Assembly: GCA_000994805.1 (NCBI GenBank)
Contig: LCEQ01000003.1
Location: forward strand, 1-36,095
Direction: 5' to 3'
From: Candidatus Azambacteria bacterium GW2011_GWA2_42_9
GTDB lineage: Bacteria; Patescibacteriota; Minisyncoccia; UBA10092
Length of the DNA: 36,095 nucleotides
How positions within the stretch are numbered: position 1 is the first letter of the stretch; each line of letters starts with the position of its first letter. The notes beneath the pieces are model-generated. The model had not been told where the DNA came from. It saw only the letters and a list, made by a program, of their open reading frames with translations, and searched no databases. The translations under genes and the position numbers were made by a program. Below, in pieces: positions 16,653-23,581 of the stretch.

Positions 16653-17168
16653 TCATATTTCTTTAAAGGCATTGGCTACGGGATTATCAAATTCTTTTGC
16701 CAAGGTCAAAACGACGTTTTCGAAGCTCTTGTGGGGCGTCGGCTTGATTTTATTGCGGTTGATAATTACAAATTTTTTAAAATTACTGCGCACTAAGGCG
16801 AAGAACATTCCAATATCAAACATCGAACCCACACTGCCCTTATCGTACCAGATGTGAATTTCGTTGGCCCAAAGCATTTTCTGGCGATTAAAGGTGATTA
16901 TTTGAATTCCAATTTTGTCGGTATTTTGATAGGGGTTATCTCTTGCGGGCCAATAAACTTCATGTCCTTCTTTTTCCAGTTTAGCAACACAAGCTTTAAT
17001 GGCATTTTGAGTTTTTGTCCATCGATCTTCAATACCAAAGAGAGTTTGAAAGACAGTCTGTAATATACGTCTTAAAAATTCAACATGAGGACGCCTGATC
17101 GGACAAACAACAAAAATTTTTCTCACTTCAGCTCCAAATCCGCTAACCGGTCCACTGCCAGCACTCAT
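16653..17168 (-). CDS. nucleoside 2-deoxyribosyltransferase-like (Rossmann-like) protein
   Basis: KIFVVCPIR start of the fold, EGHEVYWPARD, and ANEIHIWYDKGSVGSMFDIGMFFAL. The last resembles the NDT/DNPH1-family D.GT.FE.G segment but has Asp in place of Glu. A G-rich RBS lies upstream. Confidence 0.45.
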   Translation of the reverse strand: MSAGSGPVSGFGAEVRKIFVVCPIRRPHVEFLRRILQTVFQTLFGIEDRWTKTQNAIKACVAKLEKEGHEVYWPARDNPYQNTDKIGIQIITFNRQKMLWANEIHIWYDKGSVGSMFDIGMFFALVRSNFKKFVIINRNKIKPTPHKSFENVVLTLAKEFDNPVANAFKEI

Positions 17169-17236
17169 TTTTTACCCCCCCAATTTTATTTTAAAGGCCA
17201 AAAATAATAAACTTAATTTAATCCAATAAAAATTTA

Positions 17237-17265
17237 TTGTCAATAAATATTTTTTGTGATAAATT
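17237..17265 (+). promoter_or_regulatory. putative ndk promoter (TTGTCA-17-TAAATT)
   Basis: The hexamers are at 17237-17242 and 17260-17265. The ATG lies only 9 nt past the -10, which implies a very short leader and no SD. Confidence 0.35.
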
Positions 17266-17274
17266 GTCTTTATT

Positions 17275-17901
17275 ATGGTTAAAAAAATCGCCGCCTACGC
17301 TAAAGCTTCGGCGGGCCAAGCCAAACAGGAACGCACCGTCATTTTAATTAAACCTGACGGGGTAAAAAGAGGGCTTATTGGAGAAGTAATTTCTCGAATT
17401 GAAAAACGCGGCCTTAAGATAATAGCGCTTTCAATGATAAGCCCGACGCGAAAGCAAATTGACGAGCATTATCCCAAAGACCAGGCATGGGTGAAGCGCT
17501 TGGGCGAAAAATCTTTGGCGACCTACGCCAAATACGGCTGGGACGCCAAAGAAGAAATGGGGACCGACGATCCGATGAAAATCGGCAAGTCGGTGCGCGG
17601 CTGGATTTTGGATTTTATGACTTCCGGGCCGAGTGTCAAAATAGTGGTTGAGGGTATTCATGCCGTTGAGATGGTGAGAAAACTGGTGGGTAATTCCATT
17701 CCGGCTTTAGCAGAAATGGGCACCATCCGCGGCGATTTTTCAGTTGACTCGGCGGCTTTAGCAAACAAAAATCAGCGCGCGGTTCATAACCTCATCCACG
17801 CTTCGGAAACATCGGAAGAATCGGCGCATGAATTGTCTTATTGGTTTTCTCCTGAAGAAATTTTTGATTACAAAAGAGCGGAAGAGGATATTATGTTTTG
17901 A
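17275..17901 (+). CDS. ndk: nucleoside diphosphate kinase (long form)
   Basis: ERTVILIKPDG, GTIRGDF and NLIHASE (catalytic His). It is 208 aa because of an N-terminal extension and a ~35-aa insertion before FMTSGP. Confidence 0.9.
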   Translation: MVKKIAAYAKASAGQAKQERTVILIKPDGVKRGLIGEVISRIEKRGLKIIALSMISPTRKQIDEHYPKDQAWVKRLGEKSLATYAKYGWDAKEEMGTDDPMKIGKSVRGWILDFMTSGPSVKIVVEGIHAVEMVRKLVGNSIPALAEMGTIRGDFSVDSAALANKNQRAVHNLIHASETSEESAHELSYWFSPEEIFDYKRAEEDIMF

Positions 17902-17919
17902 GATTTTATCTAAAATTTA

Positions 17920-17946
17920 CCCCGAAGTCCGACTTCGGGGATTTTT
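17920..17946 (+). terminator. intrinsic terminator of ndk
   Basis: CCCCGAAGT-CCG-ACTTCGGGG followed by ATTTTT. A second copy of GAAGTC(G)GACTTC follows at 17947-17959. Confidence 0.8.
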
Positions 17947-18120
17947 GAAGTCGGACTTCTGTGATACAATTAAAGTGGCTATGGAGAGTTGTTTTGTAAG
18001 ATTTTGGGCTAATTAAATATATTCGGGAGTCCTACATTGCCCCGATCCTTGGATTGCGGGTTGCGGACACCCACTTGGCGAAATGCCAAATTTATCTTTA
18101 AGATGACTTTCCAAGCCGCC

Positions 18121-18150
18121 AAAAATCCCCCGCCACGGCGGGGGATTTTT
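18121..18150. terminator. bidirectional intrinsic terminator
   Basis: AAAAATCCCCCG-CCACGG-CGGGGGATTTTT, downstream of tRNA-Pro on the minus strand. Confidence 0.8.
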
Positions 18151-18162
18151 GGTTTGCTCCCT

Positions 18163-18233
18163 TCGGGGTGCCGAGAATCGAACTCGGACTACATGCACCC
18201 CATGCATGCGTACTACCACTATACTACACCCCG
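18163..18233 (-). tRNA. tRNA-Pro (anticodon GGG)
   Basis: Hand fold: acceptor CGGGGTG/CACCCCG, anticodon stem CATGC/GCATG, loop AT-GGG-GT, T arm CCGAG-TTCGATT-CTCGG, discriminator A. No encoded CCA. Confidence 0.85.
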
Positions 18234-18235
18234 TT

Positions 18236-18430
18236 TTATTTCTTGGGTTTAGCCATTGCCTTGATGCACTTGGTGCAGGCCTTTATTCTTGTTTTTTCAG
18301 AAGCTAAAAGTACCCATTGAAGATTGGGATATTTTCTTTTTTTAGCGGCGGGGTTATACTTACCGCGGAGTTTGTTTCGCGGCGTAAGAAGCATTGAGCT
18401 CTTGCCGCAAATCTCGCAAATTTTAGACAT
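18236..18430 (-). CDS. rpmB: 50S ribosomal protein L28 (Cys4 zinc-ribbon form)
   Basis: MSKICEICGK...KRKYPNLQ...CTKC matches the L28 pattern. The stop is 2 nt from the tRNA-Pro 5' end. Confidence 0.75.
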   Translation of the reverse strand: MSKICEICGKSSMLLTPRNKLRGKYNPAAKKRKYPNLQWVLLASEKTRIKACTKCIKAMAKPKK

Positions 18431-18439
18431 AGTTTCTTT

Positions 18440-18468
18440 TTTCTACCATAAATTTTAAATTTAAGCAA
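18440..18468 (-). promoter_or_regulatory. putative rpmB promoter (TTGCTT-17-TAGAAA)
   Basis: Read on the minus strand: TTGCTT, 17 nt, TAGAAA, then 9 nt to the ATG. The -35 abuts the divergent M50 start codon. Confidence 0.4.
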
Positions 18469-19107
18469 ATGGAATCAATTTTATTTTTTATTTTTGCTTT
18501 ATTAGTTTTGCTGTTTTCGGCGATTATTCACGAGGTAAGCCACGGATTTTCGGCCAAGGCTCAGGGCGACAGTACCGCCGAAGCGGCCGGCCGCTTAACT
18601 TTAAATCCTTTGCCGCACCTTGATCCTTTCGGCTCAATACTTCTGCCGCTCATTTTGGCGTTGCCGGCGCTTTTCGGGGCGCCGGTTATAATAATCGGCT
18701 GGGCCAAACCGGTGCCCTTTAATCCAAATAACTTAAAAAATAAAAAATGGGGGCCGGCCTTGGTGGCTTTAGCCGGCCCCGCTGCCAACATTGTTTTGGC
18801 GATTATTTTTGGTCTCGTAATAAGATTTTTTAGTATTTCTTTTTTGCCGGCGCTCGGGCTTTTTTTGGCGATTATTGTATGGATAAATCTTCTTTTGGCG
18901 ATTTTTAATCTAATTCCGATTCCACCACTTGACGGCTCAAAAATTTTATTCGCCCTATTCCCTTATTCTTGGCGAGACATTGAGGTTTGGCTTGAGCGAT
19001 ATGGCTTTATTCTGATTTTACTTTTTATTTTTTTCGGATTTAACCTTATTTTACCGGTTATTTTCTTTTTTTTCCGGTTAATCACCGGCCAGTCCTTTCT
19101 ATTTTAA
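18469..19107 (+). CDS. site-2 protease family (peptidase M50) membrane metalloprotease
   Basis: HEVSHG zinc motif in a TM helix, NLIPIPPLDGSKIL second motif, multi-TM. Confidence 0.9.
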   Translation: MESILFFIFALLVLLFSAIIHEVSHGFSAKAQGDSTAEAAGRLTLNPLPHLDPFGSILLPLILALPALFGAPVIIIGWAKPVPFNPNNLKNKKWGPALVALAGPAANIVLAIIFGLVIRFFSISFLPALGLFLAIIVWINLLLAIFNLIPIPPLDGSKILFALFPYSWRDIEVWLERYGFILILLFIFFGFNLILPVIFFFFRLITGQSFLF

Positions 19108-19111
19108 AAAC

Positions 19112-19140
19112 TTGACCAAATTGGCTGGTTAGGGTAGCAT
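19112..19140 (+). promoter_or_regulatory. putative promoter (TTGACC-17-TAGCAT)
   Basis: It shares CTTGAC...GTTAGGGTAG with the site at 4744-4775. Confidence 0.4.
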
Positions 19141-19194
19141 TAAAGGTACAACAAGGATCTCTGCTAAGGCGGGGATCTTTTGTTTAACCTAAAT

Positions 19195-19662
19195 ATGAGT
19201 AAAACATCAAAATTTGTGATAATTGTGCTGATTTTGGCTCTAAATGGGCCCGTTCAGGAGGTTGCCAACGCTTGGACCGTAAATGACATTCTTTCTTTTA
19301 TGAATAGGCCTGAAGCCGCAGGCTTTTATCTCATGGCCGGCGACTCAATTATGACGGTAAACATTCCTGCGCTGAAAATTGCGAAGGTGGTTCTGACGGC
19401 TTATTCTTCAACGCCCGACCAAACCGACTCAACGCCGTTTATCACGGCTCTTGGCACGCGGACGCGCGACGGCGTGATTGCCGCAAACTTTTTAGCCTTC
19501 GGGACTAAAGTTCAAATTCCGGAAATTTTCGGGGACAAGGTCTTTACCGTTGAAGACCGGATGGCAAAAAAACATGATGACAAAATTGATATTTGGTTTC
19601 CCGAAAGGCGATTAGCCAAAAAATTTGGCATCCAAGAAGCGGAAGTAATAATTCTTGATTAA
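19195..19662 (+). CDS. 3D-domain (MltA/RlpA-like double-psi beta-barrel) secreted protein
   Basis: Signal/TM sequence, then LTAYSSTPDQTDSTPFITALGT...VAAN...GTKV...FTVEDRM....IDIWF. I prefer the ATG at 19195; the ORF track starts at TTG 19180. Confidence 0.8.
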   Translation: MSKTSKFVIIVLILALNGPVQEVANAWTVNDILSFMNRPEAAGFYLMAGDSIMTVNIPALKIAKVVLTAYSSTPDQTDSTPFITALGTRTRDGVIAANFLAFGTKVQIPEIFGDKVFTVEDRMAKKHDDKIDIWFPERRLAKKFGIQEAEVIILD

Positions 19663-19747
19663 TGGGCGAGGCGAGAGTCGAACTCGCACGAGGTATTACC
19701 CTCAAAGGATTTTAAGTCCTTCGTGTCTACCATTCCACCACTCGCCC
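19663..19747 (-). tRNA. tRNA-Leu (anticodon UAA), class II
   Basis: Acceptor GGGCGAG/CTCGCCC, anticodon arm AAGGA-CTTAAAA-TCCTT, long variable arm, T arm GCGAG-TTCGACT-CTCGC, discriminator A. The 3' end abuts the stop of the convergent CDS. Confidence 0.9.
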
Positions 19748-19749
19748 CA

Positions 19750-19821
19750 AGGCGTGGGCGGGAATCGAACCCGCGTATAAGGGTTTTGCAGACCCTTGCC
19801 TTGCCACTTGGCTACCACGCC
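19750..19821 (-). tRNA. tRNA-Cys (anticodon GCA)
   Basis: Acceptor GGCGTGG/CCACGCC, anticodon arm AGGGT-CTGCAAA-ACCCT, T arm GCGGG-TTCGATT-CCCGC, and the U73 discriminator typical of tRNA-Cys. There is a 2-nt spacer to tRNA-Leu. Confidence 0.9.
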
Positions 19822-20790
19822 CTATTTTTTACTCGCATATTTTGCCACGGCTTTTAGCGCTCCGTCAATCGTGCCTTTGAATCTAAAACCAGCCGCGAAT
19901 TTATGGCCGCCGCCGTCAATTTTCATCGCAAGCCGCGCAACGTTGTAATTTTTATCGGACCGGCTTCTTAATCTTCCGCGGATTCTATTTCTGCTCTCTT
20001 TAATCAGAAGAAGCGCGAAACGGCCCTCTTTTAAATTTCTCAACCATTCAATAACAATATTTCCGACATCGTCAATCATTAAATGATGAATATTTAATTC
20101 TTTCCTTTTCAACCACGAATAAACAAAATCACCCTTAACTGCGTGTTTGGCGCGATTTAAAATCTTACCGGAAAGCTTTATCGCGGCTATTTTTACTCGG
20201 CCGTTTACAATGTTATCAATTTTATCAGGCCTTACACCGAAGCGCATTAAATCAACAATAACTTCAAGTGGTTTTTTAACTTTTACATATTTGAAAAATC
20301 CCGTGTCGGTTAAAATTCCGACTGCCAATGCCTCAGCGATTTTTTTATCAATTTTAAATCCCATAGCCTTGAAATAATCGTATAACAATTCGCAGGTGGC
20401 GGAGCTTTCGGGACCGATAATACCGAAGTCGGCATCCTGGTCGGCAAACAAATGATGGTCAAAAACCAAAAGCGGCGTTTTGGGGTGTTTTTTAAAATAA
20501 CCTTCAAGCCCCAACTGGCTCTTTGTCCCGTAATCGAGGCCGATAATCAAATCGTAAGCAATTTTCGGGTGTTTTGATTTTATCCGCGGCGCGCCAGGAA
20601 TAAATTTAAGCGATTCCGGAACGCCGGAAACACACAAAAGATAATGCGGTTTTTTTATTTTCTTCAGATAAAAGCCCAGAGCCGTTAAAGAACCAATAGC
20701 GTCGCCGTCGGGTCCCTGATGAGTTGCTACCAAAATCCGCTTGGCTTTTTTGATTATTTTTTCTATTTCTTTAAAATTTAAATTACGCAT
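19822..20790 (-). CDS. DHH/DHHA1 phosphoesterase (NrnA-like oligoribonuclease / pAp phosphatase)
   Basis: HQGPDGDAIGS, FDHH and C-terminal GGGHKFAAG. Confidence 0.88.
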   Translation of the reverse strand: MRNLNFKEIEKIIKKAKRILVATHQGPDGDAIGSLTALGFYLKKIKKPHYLLCVSGVPESLKFIPGAPRIKSKHPKIAYDLIIGLDYGTKSQLGLEGYFKKHPKTPLLVFDHHLFADQDADFGIIGPESSATCELLYDYFKAMGFKIDKKIAEALAVGILTDTGFFKYVKVKKPLEVIVDLMRFGVRPDKIDNIVNGRVKIAAIKLSGKILNRAKHAVKGDFVYSWLKRKELNIHHLMIDDVGNIVIEWLRNLKEGRFALLLIKESRNRIRGRLRSRSDKNYNVARLAMKIDGGGHKFAAGFRFKGTIDGALKAVAKYASKK

Positions 20791-20791
20791 G

Positions 20792-21133
20792 TTATCTCTT
20801 CTGTACTTTTTTGATTAACTTCTCTACTTCTGAAGCCTCTTCCGGATTCTTGTCGTGTTTAAAAATTATTTTCGGCACCGGCCTGACTTTAAAATTTTTA
20901 TTTAATTCCTGCTGGATTTTCCAGATTGATTTATTCAATTTTTCCAATATTTTTTTAGCAAAATCCGACGGATAAACGCTGATATAAATTTCACTTTCAA
21001 ATAAGTTCGGCGCGGTGATAACGCGAGTGATGGTTACCAAAATTCCGGGTTCGGTTTCTAAAAATTCAAATAAGATTTTTCCAAGCTCTTTTTTAATAAG
21101 TTCGTCGAACTTAAGCGCTCTTTCTTTAGTCAT
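20792..21133 (-). CDS. rbfA: ribosome-binding factor A
   Basis: 113 aa in the position between infB and nrnA. It has an R...ELIKKELGKIL-type N-terminus, and VTITRV..APNL resembles the KH-like core. Confidence 0.8.
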   Translation of the reverse strand: MTKERALKFDELIKKELGKILFEFLETEPGILVTITRVITAPNLFESEIYISVYPSDFAKKILEKLNKSIWKIQQELNKNFKVRPVPKIIFKHDKNPEEASEVEKLIKKVQKR

Positions 21134-22641
21134 GGCAGTTTTCTAAAAAGCATGAGGATATCGCCGATGGCGATTTTTGGATCTCCGAAGTCAATTTCAA
21201 GGCCAGCTTCTTTTCCCGCTTCAATTTTACCCACCTCCTTTTTTTCCGATTGCAGGCCGGCAATTCGCCCTTGTCCCATTATTATATCATTTCTTATGAT
21301 TTCAAACCTTGATCCCTTGACGATTTCTCCCGAAATTACTTTACCTCCGACAACTTGGCGGTTTTTTTCCTGCCGGAAAATCGCGAGAACTTGCAAACGC
21401 CCGGTTTCCTCCCGCGTTGTTTTTGGCTTTAATTTTTCTTTGATAATCGCCTCGGCTTTGTCTAAAACATCATAGATTATGTTTCCGGAAATCACCGGAA
21501 TTTTTTCTTTTTCGGTTCCAAAAATTGCCGTTTCGATTTTAACATTAAAGGCGATTATTAAAGCGTCGCCAATAATCGCCGTTTTAAAATCGCTTTCAAT
21601 AACATTGCCAACCTCGGCTTTTAAAACTTTTATCGCGGCGTTTTCTCCCCCTTCGGGGGATCCCCCGAAGGGGGAGAATTGCATTTTTTCAAAACTTTCT
21701 TTTAACGCTTCAACCGAACTTTGAACATCGCCTTTTATTATCAAATGAACGTAATTTGATTTTTCCTCGGTTGACTCAACCGATTTTTCTATCAGTTCCC
21801 CGATTTTTTTAGCGACCTTGAGCGTAACGGTGAAGGGGATTTTTTCTGTAATGAATTTATCGCCGATTAAGGGCAGTTCGTTAAAACCGACAACAAGAAC
21901 CGGCGAAGAAAATGCCGCTTTTTTAATGGGGTTTCCTAAAAAGTTCTCCAGGATTTTTATTTTTCCCGTCGCTGTGCCGCTTAATATGTAATCGCCGGTT
22001 TCCATGGTGCCGTCCAGTATTAAAAGCGAAGCGACAAAACCGCGGCGCGAATCCAAATTTGTTTCAATAACAACGCCTTCAGCGGATTTATCGGGGTTTC
22101 CCTTTAACTCGCCAAGATCGGCCAAAAGCTCTATTAAATCCAAAAGTTCTCCAACATTGGTTCCCGGCTTGGCCGCGATTTCAACCGAAGGAATTTTGCC
22201 GCCCCACGATTCAACCAGAACATCGTGCTCGGCCAGTTCTTTTTTAACACGCTCCGGGCTGGATTCGGGCTTATCAATTTTATTGATAGCGACAATAAAA
22301 GGAAGCTCCGCGCTCTTTATATGTTCCAGCGCTTCCAGTGTCTGGGGCTTTACGCCGTCATCGGCGGCCACAACCAAAACGGCGATGTCTGCGGCTTTAG
22401 CACCGCGCGCTCGCAGTTTTGAAAACGCTTCATGTCCCGGCGTGTCTAGGAAAGTAATCTTTTTGTTTTTATGGATAATTTCATAAGCGCCGATATGCTG
22501 GGTGATGCCGCCGGCTTCGCCTTCGGCGACGCTGGTTTTCCTGATATAGTCTAAGAGTTTGGTTTTGCCATGGTCAACGTGGCCCATCACGACAACAACG
22601 GGCGGCCGGGGGATTAAGTTATTATTTTTTTGTTCTGCCAT
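21130..22641 (-). CDS. infB: translation initiation factor IF-2 (short form lacking the N-terminal region)
   Basis: RPPVVVVMGHVDHGKTKLLD (G1), DTPGHEAF (G3) and NKID (G4), followed by domains II-IV. Confidence 0.96.
   Translation of the reverse strand: MAEQKNNNLIPRPPVVVVMGHVDHGKTKLLDYIRKTSVAEGEAGGITQHIGAYEIIHKNKKITFLDTPGHEAFSKLRARGAKAADIAVLVVAADDGVKPQTLEALEHIKSAELPFIVAINKIDKPESSPERVKKELAEHDVLVESWGGKIPSVEIAAKPGTNVGELLDLIELLADLGELKGNPDKSAEGVVIETNLDSRRGFVASLLILDGTMETGDYILSGTATGKIKILENFLGNPIKKAAFSSPVLVVGFNELPLIGDKFITEKIPFTVTLKVAKKIGELIEKSVESTEEKSNYVHLIIKGDVQSSVEALKESFEKMQFSPFGGSPEGGENAAIKVLKAEVGNVIESDFKTAIIGDALIIAFNVKIETAIFGTEKEKIPVISGNIIYDVLDKAEAIIKEKLKPKTTREETGRLQVLAIFRQEKNRQVVGGKVISGEIVKGSRFEIIRNDIIMGQGRIAGLQSEKKEVGKIEAGKEAGLEIDFGDPKIAIGDILMLFRKLP
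21643..21678. repeat. 36-bp perfect palindrome inside infB
   Basis: TTCTCCCCCTTCGGGGGA|TCCCCCGAAGGGGGAGAA. Each half is itself a C5/G5 hairpin with a TTCG or GAAG loop. It encodes FSPFGGSPEGGE. Confidence 0.97.
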
Positions 22642-22687
22642 AACCCGAAAATTTTACAACAAAAATTTAAATTTAGCAAACTAAATT

Positions 22688-22724
22688 GACTATTATCATC
22701 CGATCGGCTGATAATGGTCAATTT
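22688..22724 (-). promoter_or_regulatory. 37-bp palindromic promoter/operator module, copy 1 (upstream of infB)
   Basis: GACTATTATCA-TCCGATCGGC-TGATAATGGTC plus AATTT. Read on the minus strand it contains TTGACC-18-GATAAT. It is 32/37 identical to 23300-23336. Confidence 0.6.
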
Positions 22725-23292
22725 ACAGTAAATTAAATTTGTTTTTTAGATCTAGTTCTGTATCTACGCTCTTCACCTTTAAAAATCTCACATAAGGCGC
22801 GAGTTCAAATATTTCGGTAATGAAATCAATTTCAGCTTTACATTCGTATGGATGAATAAATACGCTTTTCTGCATCGGATAAAATCCAAGCTCTTTTAGT
22901 TTAGCCGCCAGCGCTTTTCTCCCGGGACTTTTATCTTCGGGGATATCAAAAATCACTAAACGCCACAACTTGTCCCATCTTATCGGCTTTTTAATCTCTA
23001 TTTTATCTAAATTATATTTCAAAATTTTATTTTTCCCGTTTTCACTTAAAACAAGTTTGACAGTACCGTCTTTGTTTTCTTTATAATCAATCAACTTAGA
23101 TTGATATAGTCTTTTGATTGACCTTCTAAGGCTTAGTTCGTTTATTTTCTTCCACTCTTTGGCAATCTTTTTTACCACTCTAAAATAAACATCCGGTCGG
23201 TGTGTCAATGACAAGGTTAACCCACCCACTAAGAGTAATAAAATTTTCTTTTGCATTGGTCCTAATTCTCTCATCGTTTTTGATATTATCAT
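22723..23292 (-). CDS. wHTH plus Cas2/VapD-fold (PaaX-like) putative transcriptional regulator
   Basis: N-terminal winged-helix-like segment. The C-terminal WRLVIFDIPEDKSPGRKALAAKLKELGFYPMQKSVFIHP matches the PaaX/Cas2 ferredoxin-fold pattern. The start is ambiguous (M1, M7 or M13). Confidence 0.6.
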   Translation of the reverse strand: MIISKTMRELGPMQKKILLLLVGGLTLSLTHRPDVYFRVVKKIAKEWKKINELSLRRSIKRLYQSKLIDYKENKDGTVKLVLSENGKNKILKYNLDKIEIKKPIRWDKLWRLVIFDIPEDKSPGRKALAAKLKELGFYPMQKSVFIHPYECKAEIDFITEIFELAPYVRFLKVKSVDTELDLKNKFNLL

Positions 23293-23299
23293 AACAAAT

Positions 23300-23336
23300 G
23301 ACTGTTATCAACCGATCGGCTCATAACGGTCATTTT
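23300..23336 (-). promoter_or_regulatory. 37-bp palindromic promoter/operator module, copy 2 (upstream of the PaaX-like gene)
   Basis: GACTGTTATCAACCGATCGGCTCATAACGGTCATTTT. On the minus strand it reads ATGACC-18-GATAAC. Confidence 0.55.
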
Positions 23337-23338
23337 AA

Positions 23339-23364
23339 TTTTGAACATAATATTTGAACATAAT
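23339..23364. repeat. near-tandem 12-13-bp direct repeat TTTGAACATAAT x2
   Basis: ttttgaacataat a tttgaacataat, between operator copy 2 and the tRNA-Ser terminator. Confidence 0.8.
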
Positions 23365-23382
23365 GGTTGTTTTAATTTTAAA

Positions 23383-23402
23383 ACCGCTATTTTTCAAGCG
23401 GT
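23383..23402 (-). terminator. weak hairpin downstream of tRNA-Ser(UGA)
   Basis: ACCGCT-8 nt-AGCGGT, followed by TTTT on the minus strand. Confidence 0.4.
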
Positions 23403-23420
23403 CATGGTTCCCAATTAAAA

Positions 23421-23507
23421 CGGAAGGTGGAGGATTCGAACCTCCGAGGGGATTTCTCCCCAACCGCATTTCAAGTGCGGCGCATTAGACCGCTCTGCCA
23501 ACCTTCC
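23421..23507 (-). tRNA. tRNA-Ser (anticodon UGA), class II
   Basis: Acceptor GGAAGGT/ACCTTCC, anticodon arm CCGCA-CTTGAAA-TGCGG, long variable arm, T arm GGAGG-TTCGAAT-CCTCC, discriminator G. A consensus TATAAT (plus-strand coordinates 23520-23525) lies upstream on the minus strand. Confidence 0.9.
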
Positions 23508-23581
23508 ATTTCCCCGAGTATTATAAGGCTTTTCGGGCTATCTGAACAGAGCCGAACTCAAATTAATAGCTTTGCGTCACT

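Noticed and set aside
18013-18252. ORFs 18013..18219 (-) and 18037..18252 (+)
   Set aside because: They overlap tRNA-Pro and a terminator hairpin, and have no RBS or motifs.
22004-22486. 160-aa plus-strand ORF antisense to infB
   Set aside because: It is a Ser-rich shadow ORF inside the GTPase domain of IF-2.
22688-23336. The 37-bp partly palindromic direct repeats next to a Cas2-fold gene read as a CRISPR remnant
   Set aside because: There are only two copies, separated by 575 bp that is the gene itself. No array, leader or other cas genes are present. A promoter/operator duplication explains them better.
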